Of a stretch of 64,000 bases of DNA, positions 55,941 to 64,000 are shown in pieces; positions within the stretch are counted from its first letter, which is position 1; the number at the start of each line of letters is the position of its first letter. This DNA is from a virus. The position numbers and the translations under genes are program-made. A model generated the notes under the pieces. It was given only the letters and a program-made list of their open reading frames with translations. It ran no database searches and was not told where the DNA came from. The stretch spans positions 1-64,000 of IMG/VR virus record IMGVR_UViG_3300025073_000036. The stretch is one strand, 5' to 3'.

Positions 55941-56458
55941 GTCGCCCCGTTCCCGACCTGCCGGCCTCGACGATCCGAGTGCTCAACGCGCTCGTGGAGC
56001 GGCGGCCGCGCTTCCTGAACGTCCTGCAGGTGCATGGAGCGTCAGACGTTTCGATCAGCACGGCCCGCGCTGCCTGCTGCGAGCTCGCCCGGCTCGGCCT
56101 GGTCGAGAAGCTGCCGGTTCGCTCGCCCTTCATCGGCGAGGCGGCCACCATGACCTACGGCGCCCGGGCCGGTGTGTCGGGCATGGAAGTACCGGCCCCG
56201 AAGCGTAGGCGCACGTCGAAGCTCGGCCGGCCAGCATATCAGAAGGTCAGGAGCGCCATGCACGTCATGCCGCCCGGCGTTCTCATCGCCGACGTGGCGC
56301 GCGCGACCGGCCTGGACATTGGCACCACGGGCACCGTGCTGCGCGACCTGCTCGAGGCTGGCGAGGTCACGCGCACGGCCGGAGAGTCGCACGCCGGTGG
56401 TCAACGGCCGTGGCTGTGGAGCCGGGCCGAGCCGGCGGAGGTGGCGGCATGCCTCTGA
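55937..56458 (+). CDS. Tandem winged-HTH protein
   Basis: STARAACCELARLGLVE and IADVARATGLD..VLRDLLEAGEV. Confidence 0.65.
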   Translation: MSRPVPDLPASTIRVLNALVERRPRFLNVLQVHGASDVSISTARAACCELARLGLVEKLPVRSPFIGEAATMTYGARAGVSGMEVPAPKRRRTSKLGRPAYQKVRSAMHVMPPGVLIADVARATGLDIGTTGTVLRDLLEAGEVTRTAGESHAGGQRPWLWSRAEPAEVAACL

Positions 56459-56742
56459 TCGCCAAGGCCGCCGTGCGCTGGCAGGACGTGCTCGGTACGA
56501 CGCCGGAGACGCGCTGGGGTGTGGACCCCGCCAAGCTCGCGGGCGTCACGCCGGACATGGCCCGGCTCGTGCGCCGCACCGCGCAACTTCCGCCGCACGA
56601 TGTCATGCTGGCCATCGAGATCTACGTCGAGGATGGCAGGCCCGACCTGGCCGATATGTTTCTCGGCCTGATCGAGCAGGACATCACACGCCTCAAGCTG
56701 GACAACGAGGTCCGCTTGCGGCGCCGGAGGGCGGGCCAATGA
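56449..56742 (+). CDS. Hypothetical protein
   Basis: GGAGG SD; coupled to the downstream gene. Confidence 0.55.
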   Translation: MPLIAKAAVRWQDVLGTTPETRWGVDPAKLAGVTPDMARLVRRTAQLPPHDVMLAIEIYVEDGRPDLADMFLGLIEQDITRLKLDNEVRLRRRRAGQ

Positions 56743-57098
56743 AACTGTTTCTCGCACAAACAGACGAACAGACCGACGCCGCGTTGCGCGATGCGCTCGA
56801 CGAGGTGCTGCAGTCGCCGAAGGTCCGGCTTGCGCTCGTGATCCGCAGCGCGCCGGAGGCCACGCGCGCCGCCATTCAGACCGCCGATGCCGTCTTCGGA
56901 GTGTGGAGCCCGGATGACGCCGACGCCGTCGGAGAGCTGGCCTACGCGGCCGGACAGGGGCGCCCGGTCTACGTCGTGGCCCCCGCTGTGGCGCCGCCAT
57001 GGTTCTGCGCTGGCACCGGGCAGGGTGGGCACTACACGAGCGCGCTGCGGGCCGTGGCGGCCTTCCTGCGCGACCTGACGGCCAGGAGGGCGGCATGA
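56739..57098 (+). CDS. Nucleoside 2-deoxyribosyltransferase (NDT)-like small protein
   Basis: AIQTADAVFGV...GELAYAAGQGRPVYVV. Confidence 0.55.
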   Translation: MKLFLAQTDEQTDAALRDALDEVLQSPKVRLALVIRSAPEATRAAIQTADAVFGVWSPDDADAVGELAYAAGQGRPVYVVAPAVAPPWFCAGTGQGGHYTSALRAVAAFLRDLTARRAA

Positions 57099-57973
57099 CG
57101 GCCAGGACGCGCCCGGGGGTCGGCGTGGTGCTGCGCCGGCCCAAGAACGAAACACCGGAACACTGGGCGGCCAAGATGCACGCCTGGGTATGGCTGTGGC
57201 GGCGCGGCTGCCGACACATCGGCTTCGAGGTCGAGGTGACCGCGCGCTGGAAGGTGGACGTGCTCGGCATGGTCTTCACGCGCGACCGTTCGCGCACCGT
57301 CGTGTATGCCGTGGAGGCCAAGGGCCACCGCTCCGACTGGCTGGCCGATCTGAACGCCGCCCAGGCCGGCCTGGCCGCCTTCGAGCGTCTGCGTGCCGTG
57401 CATGCCGAGGCCATTGCGCTCGGTGTGCCGGAGCCGGGCTACTACATCGAGCCGATCCGGGCGAAGAGTCAGCAGAGCGAGGAAGAGAAACACCGGGGCG
57501 AGATCATGGAACGCTACCGGAAGGCTCGCCGAGCTGCGTCGAAACACGGACACATCGCGGGCGAGCGTTCCGGCTACTGCGCTGCGCCGATTGGGGTGGA
57601 TGATGCGGAGTGGGAGCGCGTTGTCCAGCCGGGCAAGGGCCTGCGTTTCCTGCCCAACCCGACGAAGGTGGCGTGCAAGGACCTGGCGCGGGTGACGAGC
57701 GCCCGCTACGTGATGGCTCCGCCGGGTGTAATCTTGCCCGAAGAGCGGCCGGACGGCTGGGGCATCCTTGAGCCCGGGCCGCGCACCGTACACAAGATCG
57801 ACAAGCCGCAACCCGTGTCCGACGAGGTCGCGGTCGACCTGCTGCGCAAGTTGGCGCTGGCGCAGACCTACCGGACGAAGGCGGCGATCCCGGGTGAAGA
57901 GCGCGGGACCGATCTCACCATCGAGCCGTTCGACGACATCGTGCGCCGAGAGCAGGAGGCCGCTCGTGTCTGA
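57095..57973 (+). CDS. PD-(D/E)xK nuclease, MmcB-like
   Basis: VDVLG, AVEAKGHRSDWLADL, YVMAPPGVILPEE.PDGWGIL. Confidence 0.7.
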   Translation: MTARTRPGVGVVLRRPKNETPEHWAAKMHAWVWLWRRGCRHIGFEVEVTARWKVDVLGMVFTRDRSRTVVYAVEAKGHRSDWLADLNAAQAGLAAFERLRAVHAEAIALGVPEPGYYIEPIRAKSQQSEEEKHRGEIMERYRKARRAASKHGHIAGERSGYCAAPIGVDDAEWERVVQPGKGLRFLPNPTKVACKDLARVTSARYVMAPPGVILPEERPDGWGILEPGPRTVHKIDKPQPVSDEVAVDLLRKLALAQTYRTKAAIPGEERGTDLTIEPFDDIVRREQEAARV

Positions 57974-58313
57974 GAGAACACCAGCCGGAGAGATCCCGGT
58001 CGATGTGCGCAAGCTGGCCGTGGCCTGGGTGCGACGAGAGATCGGCGCCGAGCGCCAGATCGTCGGCGCGCGCGGCCTGCCATTTGACGGCGGTGTGGTC
58101 TATCACTTCCGCACCGAGCGGGGCGCCGATGGGGCGCCCGTCGTGCGCCTGGAGGTCATCGTCAACGCCGACGGCAGCGTACAGGGACCCCGGCGCGTTG
58201 GGTCGCACGAGCGGCGGCGGGAGGCCCGCGCGGTGCGTTGCATCGAAGGTCAACCGGTCGCCCCGCGCACCCGCTACATGGACACCGAGTACAAGCGGCG
58301 GGGGTGGCGCTGA
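57966..58313 (+). CDS. Hypothetical protein
   Basis: GTG after AGGAGG. Confidence 0.5.
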   Translation: MSERTPAGEIPVDVRKLAVAWVRREIGAERQIVGARGLPFDGGVVYHFRTERGADGAPVVRLEVIVNADGSVQGPRRVGSHERRREARAVRCIEGQPVAPRTRYMDTEYKRRGWR

Positions 58314-58690
58314 TGGCAAAGCTCTCCGCCTGCGTCACCTGTGGGGCCGTCGTGGACGGCTACAACCCGGGTGTGTTCACGCTCAAGATGGATGAAGTCA
58401 ATGGCGGCCCGTGTGTCACGCTCGCGTGGTGCAACGGCGTCGAGGGCCGGCGCTGCGCCGAGGTCGATCCGCTGCACCTCGAGATGGCGGCCGCGCAGGG
58501 CATGTCGGACGGCCAGGAAGGCGACGACGCGGTCTGCACCGCTTACCTGCGCATCATCGACCGCATCGCGGCCGAGCGTGGCGCCGATGGCCTGCGCGCG
58601 GCCGTGAAGGTTCGCCGCGACGTGGCCCACCCCAGGGTGACAATGCGCGGTCCTGGGCTCCTGTGGGGCCGCCGCGTGGAGCTCGTTTGA
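58313..58690 (+). CDS. Hypothetical protein with CxxC
   Basis: TGATG coupling. Confidence 0.55.
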   Translation: MAKLSACVTCGAVVDGYNPGVFTLKMDEVNGGPCVTLAWCNGVEGRRCAEVDPLHLEMAAAQGMSDGQEGDDAVCTAYLRIIDRIAAERGADGLRAAVKVRRDVAHPRVTMRGPGLLWGRRVELV

Positions 58691-58917
58691 GCCGTCGCCG
58701 CCCCACGAACCAGCAGCGCCGCGAGGTCGAGGTGTGCCGCTGCCCGTGCATCGAGCCCGTCACCGGGCTGCGCTGCGAGGCCGTGCTCGTGAATCTGCGT
58801 CACGCCGGCCGCTGCTGGTCCGTTCCGCGCAACGCGCAGGACTTGCCGAGCGGGCGCCGTGTGTTCTGGACGCCGGCCACGCCGCCGGCCATTCGTGAGA
58901 CAAGGGGAAACACATGA
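58687..58917 (+). CDS. Small Cys/His hypothetical protein
   Basis: TTGA and ATGA overlaps with both neighbours. Confidence 0.4.
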   Translation: MSRRRPTNQQRREVEVCRCPCIEPVTGLRCEAVLVNLRHAGRCWSVPRNAQDLPSGRRVFWTPATPPAIRETRGNT

Positions 58918-59972
58918 CAGGAATTCAGTGGACGGACGAGACATGGAATCCGATCTGCGGGTGCTCCAAGGTCTCGCAGGGGTGCCGGGGCTGCTACGCC
59001 GAGAAGATGGCGGCGCGCCTGCGGGCGATGGCGCTGGCCGACATCGAGGCCGGACGCGACCCTGGCCGCAAGCGGTACTACATCGAGGCCGTGGACGAGC
59101 GCGGCCGCTGGACGGGCAAGGTCGTGCCCGTGCCGGAAGCGTTGCCGGACCCGCTGCACTGGACGCGGCCGCGCCGTGTGTTCGTCAACAGCATGTCCGA
59201 TCTCTTTCACCCGGAACTTTCGTTCCAATACATCGCGGCCGTGTTCGGTGTGATGTGGGCGGCGCACGAACACACGTTTCAGGTATTGACCAAGCATCCC
59301 GACCGGGCGGCCGAGTTCTTCGCCTGGCTAGGCTGTGCCATCGGGCGAAACGTCAACGATGGGGCGGCCGTGAAGATGGCGACGGACCCGCTCACGTCCT
59401 GCCAGATCCAAGCGGGCCGGCACGTCCGGCTCGGCCCGTACACCGTCGGGACGGGGCAGCCGAGCCGTGGGGCGTGGCCGCTGCCAAACGTGTGGCTGGG
59501 TACGTCCGTGGAGTCGCCGAGCGAGCAGCACCGCGTCGACGAGCTGCGCCGCTGCCCGGCGGCCGTCCGGTTCGTCTCGCAGGAGCCGCAGATCGAGGCC
59601 ATCGACTGGGCCGGGCGCCTCGACGGGATCTCATGGGTCATCGTCGGCGGCGAGAGCGGATGTGGCGCGCGCCCGTTCAACGTCGCCTGGGCGCGGCGGA
59701 CCATCGAGCAGTGTCGGGCGGCCGGCGTGGCCGTGTTCCTGAAACAGCTCGGCCGGGTGCCGCTCGTCCGTCTGTTGGAAACGCCCGGGTTGTCGGCGCC
59801 GGGCGCGCCCGGTGGGTGGCAGTGGCCCGTGCCGCTCGACACCGCGCCCTCGTCGCTCTCCGGCATCTTGGCCGCCTGGACGCCACGCCTGCGTCACCCG
59901 AAGGGCGGCAACTGGGACGAGTGGCCGGAAGAGCTGCGCGTGCGCGAGTATCCGGCCCCGGTGGCGGCGTAG
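58914..59972 (+). CDS. DUF5131 (phage Gp37/Gp68) radical-SAM-like protein
   Basis: TGIQWTDETWNP..GCSKVSQGCRGCYAE, FVNSMSDLFH, FQVLTK, NVWLGTSVE, WVIVGGESG, FLKQLG. Confidence 0.93.
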   Translation: MTGIQWTDETWNPICGCSKVSQGCRGCYAEKMAARLRAMALADIEAGRDPGRKRYYIEAVDERGRWTGKVVPVPEALPDPLHWTRPRRVFVNSMSDLFHPELSFQYIAAVFGVMWAAHEHTFQVLTKHPDRAAEFFAWLGCAIGRNVNDGAAVKMATDPLTSCQIQAGRHVRLGPYTVGTGQPSRGAWPLPNVWLGTSVESPSEQHRVDELRRCPAAVRFVSQEPQIEAIDWAGRLDGISWVIVGGESGCGARPFNVAWARRTIEQCRAAGVAVFLKQLGRVPLVRLLETPGLSAPGAPGGWQWPVPLDTAPSSLSGILAAWTPRLRHPKGGNWDEWPEELRVREYPAPVAA

Positions 59973-59981
59973 GAGGCGGCC

Positions 59982-60665
59982 GTGACAGACACACGAGAAC
60001 CGATCTACGTGGCCAGTCGTGCCATTCCCGAGCGCGTGGCGATGTGGCTCGCGATGCGCGAGCAGGGCTTCAACGTCACCTCGACGTGGATCAACGAGGC
60101 CGGACCGGGCGAGACGGCGTCGTTTCCCGACCTGTGGCAGCGCATCATCGCCGAGATCGGTCGGTCGTCTCGGTTCGTGCTCTACGCCGAGACGCAGGAC
60201 TTCCCGCTCAAGGGCGCGCTGGTCGAGGCCGGGGCGGCCATCGCGCTCGGCAAGCCCGTGATCTGCGTTCTGCCCGGCGTGGTACTCGAGCCGCGCAACA
60301 TGCGCCCGCTCGGCTCGTGGGCGCAGCACCCGCTCGTGACGCTGTGCCAGGTGTGGCCGGAAGATCTCGTGCCGTGGATGGCCGAGCGGCGTGCGCCGGT
60401 GCAGGGCATCGGCGACGGTCGCAGCATCACACCGACCTCGAGGCCGCCCGGTACGGTGCCGTGGCTTGTCCACATGCAGGCCTTTGAGGCCTACGCTCGG
60501 CACTTTGGGCTCGGCCAGTCGGCCGAACGCCTGGCCGAGCGAGGCGGTTTCAGTTACGGCGAGATGCAATGCCTGCTGGCAGGACACTCGCCGATCAGGA
60601 GCGCATGCGGAGAGCATCCGGCGGTGCCCGGGTGGATGCCGCGCACGAAAGGGGACCACAAGTGA
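59982..60665 (+). CDS. NDT-like domain fused to a small C-terminal domain
   Basis: IYVAS, GFNVTSTWI, GALVEAGAAIALGKPV; C-terminal QSAERLAERGGFSYGE. Confidence 0.65.
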   Translation: MTDTREPIYVASRAIPERVAMWLAMREQGFNVTSTWINEAGPGETASFPDLWQRIIAEIGRSSRFVLYAETQDFPLKGALVEAGAAIALGKPVICVLPGVVLEPRNMRPLGSWAQHPLVTLCQVWPEDLVPWMAERRAPVQGIGDGRSITPTSRPPGTVPWLVHMQAFEAYARHFGLGQSAERLAERGGFSYGEMQCLLAGHSPIRSACGEHPAVPGWMPRTKGDHK

Positions 60666-60796
60666 GAGTCGGGACTGCAGTGTGTTCCATCGGCCTGTGT
60701 CTCATCGGCGCCGGCATGGCCTATCTCAAGTTTGATCCTGCATGGCCCGGGTGGGTCTGTTTTGCGTTCGGCATCGTGATCGGAGCGGCTCGGTGA
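60662..60796 (+). CDS. Small two-helix membrane protein
   Basis: 44 aa, hydrophobic, coupled on both sides. Confidence 0.45.
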   Translation: MRVGTAVCSIGLCLIGAGMAYLKFDPAWPGWVCFAFGIVIGAAR

Positions 60797-61095
60797 GCGG
60801 CATCGTGCGGCTCGTGGCCGCGTTCAAGTTGGCATGGCTGGCCTTCCGCATGGGGCTGGCCGGGTGGACGGTCGAGGAATTCGAGGCCCCAAATCAGGCC
60901 GGTGGCGGTCGTGTGTTCACGGTCAATCTGTCGCGGGCAAATTGGGGCCTTGGAGCGCCAGAAGGATGGAAAGTCTCAAGCGGAGGCGCGACCTTTCAAA
61001 CGGTCTACCCGACGGCCACGGCGGCGGCACGCGGCGCGCGTCGTCTGCCGTGCCAGTTCCGAGGCGGCGTCGCCCCGTGGGAGCGCCGGCAGTGA
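60793..61095 (+). CDS. Hypothetical protein
   Basis: GTGA coupling. Confidence 0.5.
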   Translation: MSGIVRLVAAFKLAWLAFRMGLAGWTVEEFEAPNQAGGGRVFTVNLSRANWGLGAPEGWKVSSGGATFQTVYPTATAAARGARRLPCQFRGGVAPWERRQ

Positions 61096-61898
61096 GCGGC
61101 CGTGTCGTCGTCGAGCTCTTCGCAGGCCTCGCGGCCTGGACGCTCTACATGCACGACCTGCGGCCGCCGTGCTCGCGCATCGGTTGCAAGAGCGGCTACG
61201 CAGCGGCGCTGGTCGAAGCCTTCGGTGTGCCGGACAAGCCCGCGCGCTCGCTGCTCGTCGAGGCCGATCCGCAGCTCGCCAACGCGCTGCGCTTCCTCGT
61301 GCGCCAACCGCGCGACCTGGCCCGCACGATCCGCCTGCTCGGCGGCCCGTCGAGCGAGCCGCGCGCGATCTGGCAGCGCGCCAAGGAAGAGAAGGCCGCC
61401 GGGGCGCTGCTCGGTGCGGCCTCGTGGTGGATCTGGACGGCGGGCGCGCGCGGCGGCATCGGGGGCTTCAAGGGGGCGCACAAACTGCGCCCGAGCGTGG
61501 AGGGCTTCATCCCCACCCTGGACTCGTTGCAGCGGCGGATCTCGCTCTTCCCGGCGCTCGACCACGTCGAGGTCATCCATGCCAACGCCGAGGCCGTTCC
61601 GCCCATGCCTGGCGCCCGCGTCTACCTCGACCCGCCTTACGTGGGCACACAGGTCTACGGCGGCCCTGCGCCGTCCGTGGAGGCCGTCTGTGAGCTTGCC
61701 CGGCAGTGGCGCGACGAGGGCGCCCTCGTGGGGGTCAGCTACAACCGCCGGCTCGACACCTACGCGGCCGGCCTGCCGGAGTGGCGTGCGCTCGACCTGA
61801 CCGAGCGGCGGCGCGGCCAGGTGCGCCGCTCGCTCACCCGGACTCGCGACGAATGGCTCACGATCTCGGCGGAGGTGTCATGCCCAGGATCTACCTGA
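61092..61898 (+). CDS. D12/Dam-class DNA adenine methyltransferase with rearranged N-terminal motifs
   Basis: VELFAG (motif I), IGCKSGYA (motif X-like), VEADP (motif II), VYLDPPY (motif IV), VGVSY. Confidence 0.78.
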   Translation: MSGRVVVELFAGLAAWTLYMHDLRPPCSRIGCKSGYAAALVEAFGVPDKPARSLLVEADPQLANALRFLVRQPRDLARTIRLLGGPSSEPRAIWQRAKEEKAAGALLGAASWWIWTAGARGGIGGFKGAHKLRPSVEGFIPTLDSLQRRISLFPALDHVEVIHANAEAVPPMPGARVYLDPPYVGTQVYGGPAPSVEAVCELARQWRDEGALVGVSYNRRLDTYAAGLPEWRALDLTERRRGQVRRSLTRTRDEWLTISAEVSCPGST

Positions 61899-62707
61899 CG
61901 AGCGCGGCGGCCGTGGCGGCCGTGGACCGTGCGAAGGCCAAGGCGGTCGCGCTGCCGCAGAACGCGCCGGCCAGCGCCAAGGCGAGCGCGCGGTGGCACG
62001 GTGTCATCCCGCCCGTGGCGGCCAGCGTGGGGCCGGGCCGTGTGTTCAGCATCATGCGCTGCCCGCCCGACTGGCTGCGCGAGCGGATCGTCGGTCAGGT
62101 GCTCGCCTTCACGCCCACGATGGAGCTCTTCGGACGTGCCTACGAGAGCCGTCAGGTGGTCGAGGGCAAGCGCAAGGCCCGCCGACACACGCAGCACTGC
62201 CTCACGCGGCAGAAACATGGGGACGGGGAGTGCGAGTGCGGCGCGGCCGTGCTGCGGTTCGCCGAGTACGCCCGGCGCCTGCTCGAGGTGTGGCCCCGCC
62301 CGGCCCGCGTGGCCCCCGGCGTGCTCCAATTCGGGCGCGAGCTGACCGAGCAACAGGCCGCCGGACTCCGGGCCGCTGGCGAGGTCACAGAGGGCGGCCC
62401 GCGCGTGGCCGAGTGGGATCGCTCGCTGTGGCACGGCCCGCTCGGCCAGGTGGAGGACGGCGACACGCTGGTCTGTACCTGCGGGCTACACGCGCAGTGT
62501 CATCGCATCGCGGGCGCCCTGCGCCTGCACGAGGCCGGCTGGGACGTGGTGCTCGACGGCAACGAGCTGGACGAAGTGCATCGGGGTTTCGCCTGGGTGC
62601 AGGTGAACGAGGACACGCTCGCTCGTGGCGGCAGCGGATGGCACAAGACACCCGACGGCGTGGCGGTCCACGTCAACGCCGGGGACGGGAAAGGAGGGGC
62701 GCGGTGA
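61880..62707 (+). CDS. DUF488/DUF4326-like protein
   Basis: FTPT.EL, FAEYARR, DTLVCTC...QCHR..A..L. Confidence 0.5.
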   Translation: MPRIYLTSAAAVAAVDRAKAKAVALPQNAPASAKASARWHGVIPPVAASVGPGRVFSIMRCPPDWLRERIVGQVLAFTPTMELFGRAYESRQVVEGKRKARRHTQHCLTRQKHGDGECECGAAVLRFAEYARRLLEVWPRPARVAPGVLQFGRELTEQQAAGLRAAGEVTEGGPRVAEWDRSLWHGPLGQVEDGDTLVCTCGLHAQCHRIAGALRLHEAGWDVVLDGNELDEVHRGFAWVQVNEDTLARGGSGWHKTPDGVAVHVNAGDGKGGAR

Positions 62708-62928
62708 TCTTCCATGTCCACGTTGAGGCCGGCGTCGAATTCATCACGGCCGAGCTCGACCCGGGCGAGCTGACCTACAACCCCGCGACGGACGTGGCCA
62801 CGTTCACGATCTCGCTGCCCGGGCATGTCATCGGCCACGAGCTGCGGCCCCGCGAGTGGATGGCCATGGCCCGGGCGATGGTCGAGGGCGCCCGCGCAGC
62901 TCGTGAGGCCCGGGTGCCGTCGTTGTGA
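62704..62928 (+). CDS. Hypothetical protein
   Basis: AAGGAGG SD plus GTG. Confidence 0.55.
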   Translation: MIFHVHVEAGVEFITAELDPGELTYNPATDVATFTISLPGHVIGHELRPREWMAMARAMVEGARAAREARVPSL

Positions 62929-63350
62929 GCGCGCCGGACACGCTGCGCAAGGCCACCGAGCGAGTCGACGCCGCGCGCCGGACCCTGGACGCCTGCCTGA
63001 ACCGCGCCCAGCAGTTCATCGAGCCCCGCCGGGTCGAGAAGGCCCGCCAGCGCCTCGCAGATGCAGAGGCCGCCTACGCGGCGGTGGTCGAGCGCGAGAG
63101 CCGGGAGGCGGCGGCACGCCGGGCCGAGATCGAGCACGCGCGGGCGTTGCAGGCGCAGACCGGGATGGACCGCGCGAAGGCCTGGGTAGAGGCCGGATTC
63201 GAGCCCGTGGCCAGCGTCGAGGTGGCGGCCAGGATGGCGCGCGTCACGGTGGACGAGATGCGCCGCGCGCTCGGCGGCGGCGTGGTCCGTGGGCAGGTGG
63301 TCAAGGTGAACGGCCGCTGGGAGCACTGCGGGCGAGTCGGTGGCCTGTGA
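62925..63350 (+). CDS. Hypothetical protein, coiled coil plus possible HTH
   Basis: SVEVAARMARVTVDEMRRAL. Confidence 0.55.
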   Translation: MSAPDTLRKATERVDAARRTLDACLNRAQQFIEPRRVEKARQRLADAEAAYAAVVERESREAAARRAEIEHARALQAQTGMDRAKAWVEAGFEPVASVEVAARMARVTVDEMRRALGGGVVRGQVVKVNGRWEHCGRVGGL

Positions 63351-63657
63351 CAGGCTCTCGACGTCTTCTACGAGCCGTGACCCCGGGAAACCGGCCCGGC
63401 CCATCATTCCCGACGTCTCGCGGCGACGAGCCGCCCCCGGCCCAACCGCCGCACACCTGGGCACGCGCCGTGGACGGCCCCGGCTGGTACTGCCTCGACT
63501 GCACACGCGCACCCGGCGAGCTCGGCGTCTGCCCTGGTCCGGCGCAGCCGGCGGGCCACGGGGACGGCACATGAGCGCGCAGCGCCTACGAGTGCGCGAC
63601 CGAGTGCGACGAGAGCAGGCCCGGAGCGGCCTGAAGGGCTACTCCGGCGAGACCCTG

Positions 63658-63686
63658 TTGACGGTCGTACAACTGTACGATATTCC
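63658..63686 (+). promoter_or_regulatory. Promoter with palindrome in the spacer
   Basis: TTGACG-N17-TATTCC; TCGTACA-AC-TGTACGA at 63665-63680. Confidence 0.55.
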
Positions 63687-63699
63687 GACTGGGCCAGAT

Positions 63700-63751
63700 G
63701 CACCCGAAACGCACCCGAAACGCACCCGTTCGCACCTGTTTTGCACCCGAC
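63700..63751 (+). repeat. Five phased 10-11 bp repeats GCACCYG
   Basis: gcacccgaaac gcacccgaaac gcacccgttc gcacctgtttt gcacccgac. Confidence 0.8.
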
Positions 63752-63812
63752 GTGCGCTCGCAGGTGGTCGGCCGAGTGCGCCCGGGGCGCATGAGACAAG
63801 GGGTTTGCGAAC

Positions 63813-64000
63813 GTGAGCGAGGCGGGCACACCCGAGACCGCGCAACCCAGGCCGGCCGAGGCGGACGAGAGGGCCTTCAAGGTGCTCGAGGCCATCGACG
63901 GCGGGAGGTCTCTGCGGACTCTCAAAGTCGAGTTCGGCATCGGGCAGTCGAAACTTGCCAAGATCAGGACCGACGAGGCGCTACGAGCTCGGTGGGTGGC
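63813..64000 (+). CDS. Truncated HTH protein, possibly small terminase subunit
   Basis: VLEAIDGGRSLRTLKVEFGIGQSKLAKI; runs off the window; position fits the start of a packaging module. Confidence 0.5.
   Translation, partial: MSEAGTPETAQPRPAEADERAFKVLEAIDGGRSLRTLKVEFGIGQSKLAKIRTDEALRARWV

Noticed and set aside
63347-63816. Small ORFs 63347-63574 and 63571-63816
   Set aside because: Weak coding signal; the second overlaps the promoter and repeat array, so neither is listed as a feature.
1-64000. tRNA/rRNA genes, integrase/att sites, stop-codon recoding
   Set aside because: None was recognisable by eye, and genes end normally at TGA, TAA or TAG. A tRNAscan/Infernal run would be needed to exclude small RNAs.

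Overview
The window is about 64 kb of one very GC-rich (roughly 70% by eye) tailed phage or prophage with a contractile tail, cut at both ends. 126-33915 (+) is a virion module of SPO1/Twort (Herelleviridae)-like type: giant head-region protein, Com-like Zn finger, prohead protease, scaffold, major capsid, neck, sheath, tube, chaperones, tape measure, baseplate and a beta-helix fibre. It is followed by a small leftward accessory/HTH cassette (33912-35463), a lysis cassette (35666-38162) and a leftward early/recombination arm (38164-51738: ASCH-like, SbcC, SbcD, annealing protein, Cro-like HTH). The rightward arm (51868-64000) holds a lambdoid-type initiator with internal iterons, a DnaC-like ATPase, nucleases, two adenine methyltransferases, two deoxyribosyltransferase-like genes, DUF5131 and a truncated HTH that may be the small terminase. 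I found no portal, large terminase, integrase, DNA polymerase, tRNA, rRNA or CRISPR. Most notable: (1) a truncated DNA-polymerase-III beta-clamp module, keeping the peptide-pocket motifs but lacking domain I, at the C-terminus of the giant head-region protein; (2) a 17-bp palindromic operator in the same register at four promoters; (3) a repeated GACAAGGGGAACA translation-start motif, together with a Com-like Zn-finger gene; (4) a candidate +1 UUU_CGC frameshift in the tail chaperone; (5) a circularly rearranged Dam-type methyltransferase inside a possible base-modification cluster. All assignments come from motif recognition by eye; no database searches were run.
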